Assembly: GCA_000004985.1 (NCBI GenBank)
Contig: GG739355.1
Direction: 5' to 3' (one strand)
From: Naegleria gruberi
Taxonomy: Eukaryota
DNA length: 1,654 nt
Shown: positions 1 through 1,654 of the stretch, piece by piece
Numbering within the stretch: the first letter of the stretch is position 1
Layout of the letters: each line of letters opens with the position of its first letter
Translations under genes and position numbers: made by a program
Notes under the pieces: generated by a model
Seen by the model: only the letters and a program-made list of their open reading frames with translations
What the model was told of the DNA's origin: nothing
Databases searched by the model: none

Positions 1-28
1 TGTTGATACACTTTTCTGTTTTAATCTT

Positions 29-1654
29 TCAGCTTACACTGTATTCGACATAGGAAACTCCCTCTTCACAATAATTGAAAATAGTGTGTAAGAGTAAGGC
101 AGAAATAACTTTTGGGTACATGAAATAGATACAGTCCTTCATACTGAATCTTTGTGGGTAAAAGTTTGGAGAGAACATCCCATTATAATCTCCCGGATAT
201 TTCATTTCAAAGGATTTAATTAATTTGGCTTTGAGTAATGGATTGTTGTCTAAATTGTTAATTATTTGTGAGTTTGTGTATCCATATATATCTACATTTT
301 TGCCTTCTCTTACATTGTATACTATGTAATGGTGTGGATCTTCTCCTCCTATTATACTGCTCAAATGTGCTTCCTTTTCTTCCTTTGATCTGGGGTCATT
401 TAATTGGAAGGCTATAAAGAGTTCTTCAACTCCATAAACAACATCTGTTGTTGGTATTGAATTATGGAGAGTCCAGATAGATTCCAAGTTTAGATCATCA
501 ATATTGTTGCATTCTGTAGGATCAATTTTCTTTGGTACTTTTGGATTGGACGCTACTAGTTCAGGAATCATCTTTTTCATTACAAACTCAATCCAAAAAT
601 GTGCATTTCCCATTCCCATTAGATGAGTGTGCAGTTCTGATAATTTTCCTTTGTATCCTTCATATTTTTTCAGTAAATTCTGCTTTTTGGTTTTGTTGCT
701 TACTGTTTCTTGTTGCGTATTCATTGATAAATCCATGCCATTGGAAGTATCAGAAGATGCACTTCCTTTCTTCTCTTCTTTGTTTTCTTTTGAACTTTGA
801 ATACTTGTTTCTGAGGATGGAATGCTGTTGTTTGAGGTGTAGATCCATTTCTTATCAGAAACCTTTAGTAATACCTTACTTTTCCCATCAATAGGTTGAA
901 AGCAAACAGTAATTTCTTCACCTTTATGGGTGAATGGTGCATTTAAAAGGTCAAGAGGAAGTTCTGAATATAATTTCCAATTTCTAATGCTTTGCTCATC
1001 TGCTTTTGCTAATAATTGTTCTGGTTGCACTTCTGTCATTAGAGGTGTTGTACTATTTATCATCAATCTAGTATTTGGAAAATAGCGTCTAAAGGAATCA
1101 TCTGTCCTTGTGAACACTACTTCAGCATCGTATCGGAGTGTTTTTAATGAGTTATTAAAGGTTAACTCCAAAACACCAAAATTTTGTGCCCCAAATATCT
1201 GTACACATTCAAGACTTTGTGGCAGATATTGTAAGAAAGATCCAAATATATGAGGGAAACCTCCATTAAGCTCCAATGATTTTAAAACAGTCCCAGTATT
1301 AGTAAGAAACTTGGTTATATCTTCGTCATCAATCTTACTGTGGTTGCAATTTACTACAAGTTTACGGATTGTTGAAGGAATTCCCATTAATGAAAGAGGA
1401 CAATCATACTTAGTAGTAAGAACGAGTTCTTCTATATAACAGAAATTTTCAAACAATCCACGCATTGAGTCATCAATGGACTGTATTTGATCAAACTTTA
1501 GTTTCAGCTTTTTGATAGTAGTTACATGTAATGTTGATTTCTCATCAGTAGTTGGTTGGTTAGAGACGTTGCTTTCTTCTTTGATGGTTTCGTTATCATA
1601 TTCTAATATATTTTGAGTTCTAATTAATTTTCTGTCTGTAAGTAAAAGCAAAAT
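29..1654 (-). CDS. Partial CDS, N-terminus outside the window: putative AMP/adenosine-deaminase-like metallo-dependent hydrolase family protein with an N-terminal LRR-like repeat region. Stop TGA is at 29-31 (minus); the reading frame stays open through nt 1654.
   Basis: A 540-codon stop-free frame in sequence of ~34% GC. I checked codons by hand: 1649-1651 caa gives TTG Leu (first in-window codon, not ATG); 629-631 gtg gives CAC His; 32-34 gct gives AGC Ser; 29-31 tca gives TGA stop. The protein has recognisable domain-like organisation: repeats, linker, HxH block. The product call rests on recalled motif similarity, not an alignment. Confidence 0.8.
   Translation of the reverse strand: MLLLLTDRKLIRTQNILEYDNETIKEESNVSNQPTTDEKSTLHVTTIKKLKLKFDQIQSIDDSMRGLFENFCYIEELVLTTKYDCPLSLMGIPSTIRKLVVNCNHSKIDDEDITKFLTNTGTVLKSLELNGGFPHIFGSFLQYLPQSLECVQIFGAQNFGVLELTFNNSLKTLRYDAEVVFTRTDDSFRRYFPNTRLMINSTTPLMTEVQPEQLLAKADEQSIRNWKLYSELPLDLLNAPFTHKGEEITVCFQPIDGKSKVLLKVSDKKWIYTSNNSIPSSETSIQSSKENKEEKKGSASSDTSNGMDLSMNTQQETVSNKTKKQNLLKKYEGYKGKLSELHTHLMGMGNAHFWIEFVMKKMIPELVASNPKVPKKIDPTECNNIDDLNLESIWTLHNSIPTTDVVYGVEELFIAFQLNDPRSKEEKEAHLSSIIGGEDPHHYIVYNVREGKNVDIYGYTNSQIINNLDNNPLLKAKLIKSFEMKYPGDYNGMFSPNFYPQRFSMKDCIYFMYPKVISALLLHTIFNYCEEGVSYVEYSVS
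32..67 (-). other. C-terminal strand-like motif EEGVSYVEYSVS (aa 529-540), immediately followed by the stop.
   Basis: Resembles the second beta-strand region of the ADA/AMPD fold, recalled as adenosine deaminase '..KEGVVYVEVRYSP..' and AMP deaminase '..YQMAEYRISIYGR..'. Here the frame ends at ..VEYSVS*, mid-motif. Confidence 0.3.
572..640 (-). other. Putative metal-binding HxH block of the AMP-deaminase/adenosine-deaminase (amidohydrolase) fold: SELHTHLMGMGNAHFWIEFVMKK (aa 338-360).
   Basis: Resembles the family signature, recalled as adenosine deaminase '..ELHVHLDG..' and AMP deaminase '..[21 protein letters not shown]..'. Conserved positions: H-x-H, then N about 6 residues later, then H, then F-(I/V)-x-K-K. 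Codons verified on the sequence: 629-631 = His, 623-625 = His, 599-601 = His. Confidence 0.4.
647..844 (-). other. Low-complexity Ser/Lys/Glu/Asn-rich linker (aa ~270-335), probably disordered.
   Basis: Protein segment YTSNNSIPSSETSIQSSKENKEEKKGSASSDTSNGMDLSMNTQQETVSNKTKKQNLLKKYEGYKGK. The + strand here shows a polypyrimidine run (cttcctttcttctcttctttgttttcttttg), the complement of the purine-rich codons. Confidence 0.6.
1052..1519 (-). other. Leucine-rich-repeat-like region (aa ~45-200 of the in-window protein).
   Basis: Recurrent L/I/V/F spacing such as IKKLKLKFDQIQSI, IEELVLTTKYDCPLSLMGIP, IRKLVVNCNHSKIDDEDITKFL, LKSLELNGGFPHIFGSFLQYLPQSLECVQIFG, VLELTFNNSLKTLRYDAEVVF. It resembles LxxLxLxxN/C-type LRRs (possibly BspA-like or F-box-associated), but the repeat register is irregular. 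Confidence 0.35.

Noticed and set aside
1-28. Possible terminator or 3' regulatory signals downstream of the stop.
   Set aside because: Only 28 nt are available. There is an A/T-rich stretch (aaaacagaaaag on the minus strand) but no stem-loop with a U-tract and no clear poly(A) signal, so nothing can be supported.
283-298. Short (TA)n-like run 'ccatatatatatctac'.
   Set aside because: Only about 4-5 dinucleotide units inside the coding sequence (encodes ..VDIYGYT..). It is compatible with chance in AT-rich DNA and is not a meaningful repeat.
740-790. Polypyrimidine tract on the + strand (cttcctttcttctcttctttgttttcttttg).
   Set aside because: It is the complement of the Lys/Glu/Ser-rich codons (AAR/GAR/AGY) of the linker on the coding strand. 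The coding low complexity explains it; it is not an independent regulatory element.
532-894. 120-aa + strand ORF (MVLLDWTLLVQESSFSLQ...).
   Set aside because: It is entirely antisense to the long minus-strand CDS, across that CDS's purine-rich low-complexity linker. The translation is Cys/Phe/Leu-rich (FLCILHIFSVNSAFWFCCLLFLVAYS), typical of spurious antisense frames. I recognise no motif, and 120 aa is an unremarkable length opposite a stop-free coding strand.
1313-1330. 'DPHH' (aa 438-441) and other His pairs as additional metal ligands.
   Set aside because: The spacing does not match known ADA/AMPD catalytic His positions, so it is probably incidental.

Overview
The 1,654-nt window is about one-third G+C and is almost entirely filled by one long minus-strand ORF, with the stop codon at nt 29-31 and the last sense codon at 32-34. 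The ORF is open to the 3' window edge (+ coordinates). The first in-window codon is TTG (Leu), which the ORF track shows as M, so the N-terminus lies outside the window. In such an AT-rich sequence, a 540-codon stop-free frame is almost certainly coding. Reading N to C, the product has: a low-complexity lead-in; about 150 aa of leucine-rich-repeat-like repeats (aa ~45-200); a Ser/Lys/Glu/Asn-rich linker (aa ~270-335) of the kind usually seen in eukaryotic proteins; and a C-terminal region that I match, by recall only and unaligned, to AMP-deaminase/adenosine-deaminase-family (metallo-dependent hydrolase) landmarks. Those landmarks are an HxH metal-binding block (SELHTHLMGMGNAHFWIEFVMKK), a DLNLESIWTLH segment, an FQLNDP segment and a terminal EEGVSYVEYSVS strand motif. 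The ORF stops exactly where that family's fold would continue (family '...AEYRISIYGR...'), and a GTAAGC sits on the coding strand immediately before the TGA. The gene is therefore probably interrupted by an intron, a frameshift or a pseudogenising stop rather than complete here. Codon usage and the low-complexity linker suggest a eukaryotic (yeast-like) or otherwise AT-rich origin rather than a typical bacterial accessory locus. I see no multi-gene system, RNA gene, CRISPR array, mobile-element end or convincing regulatory site. The only other ORF in the track (+ strand 532-894) is a typical antisense artefact.
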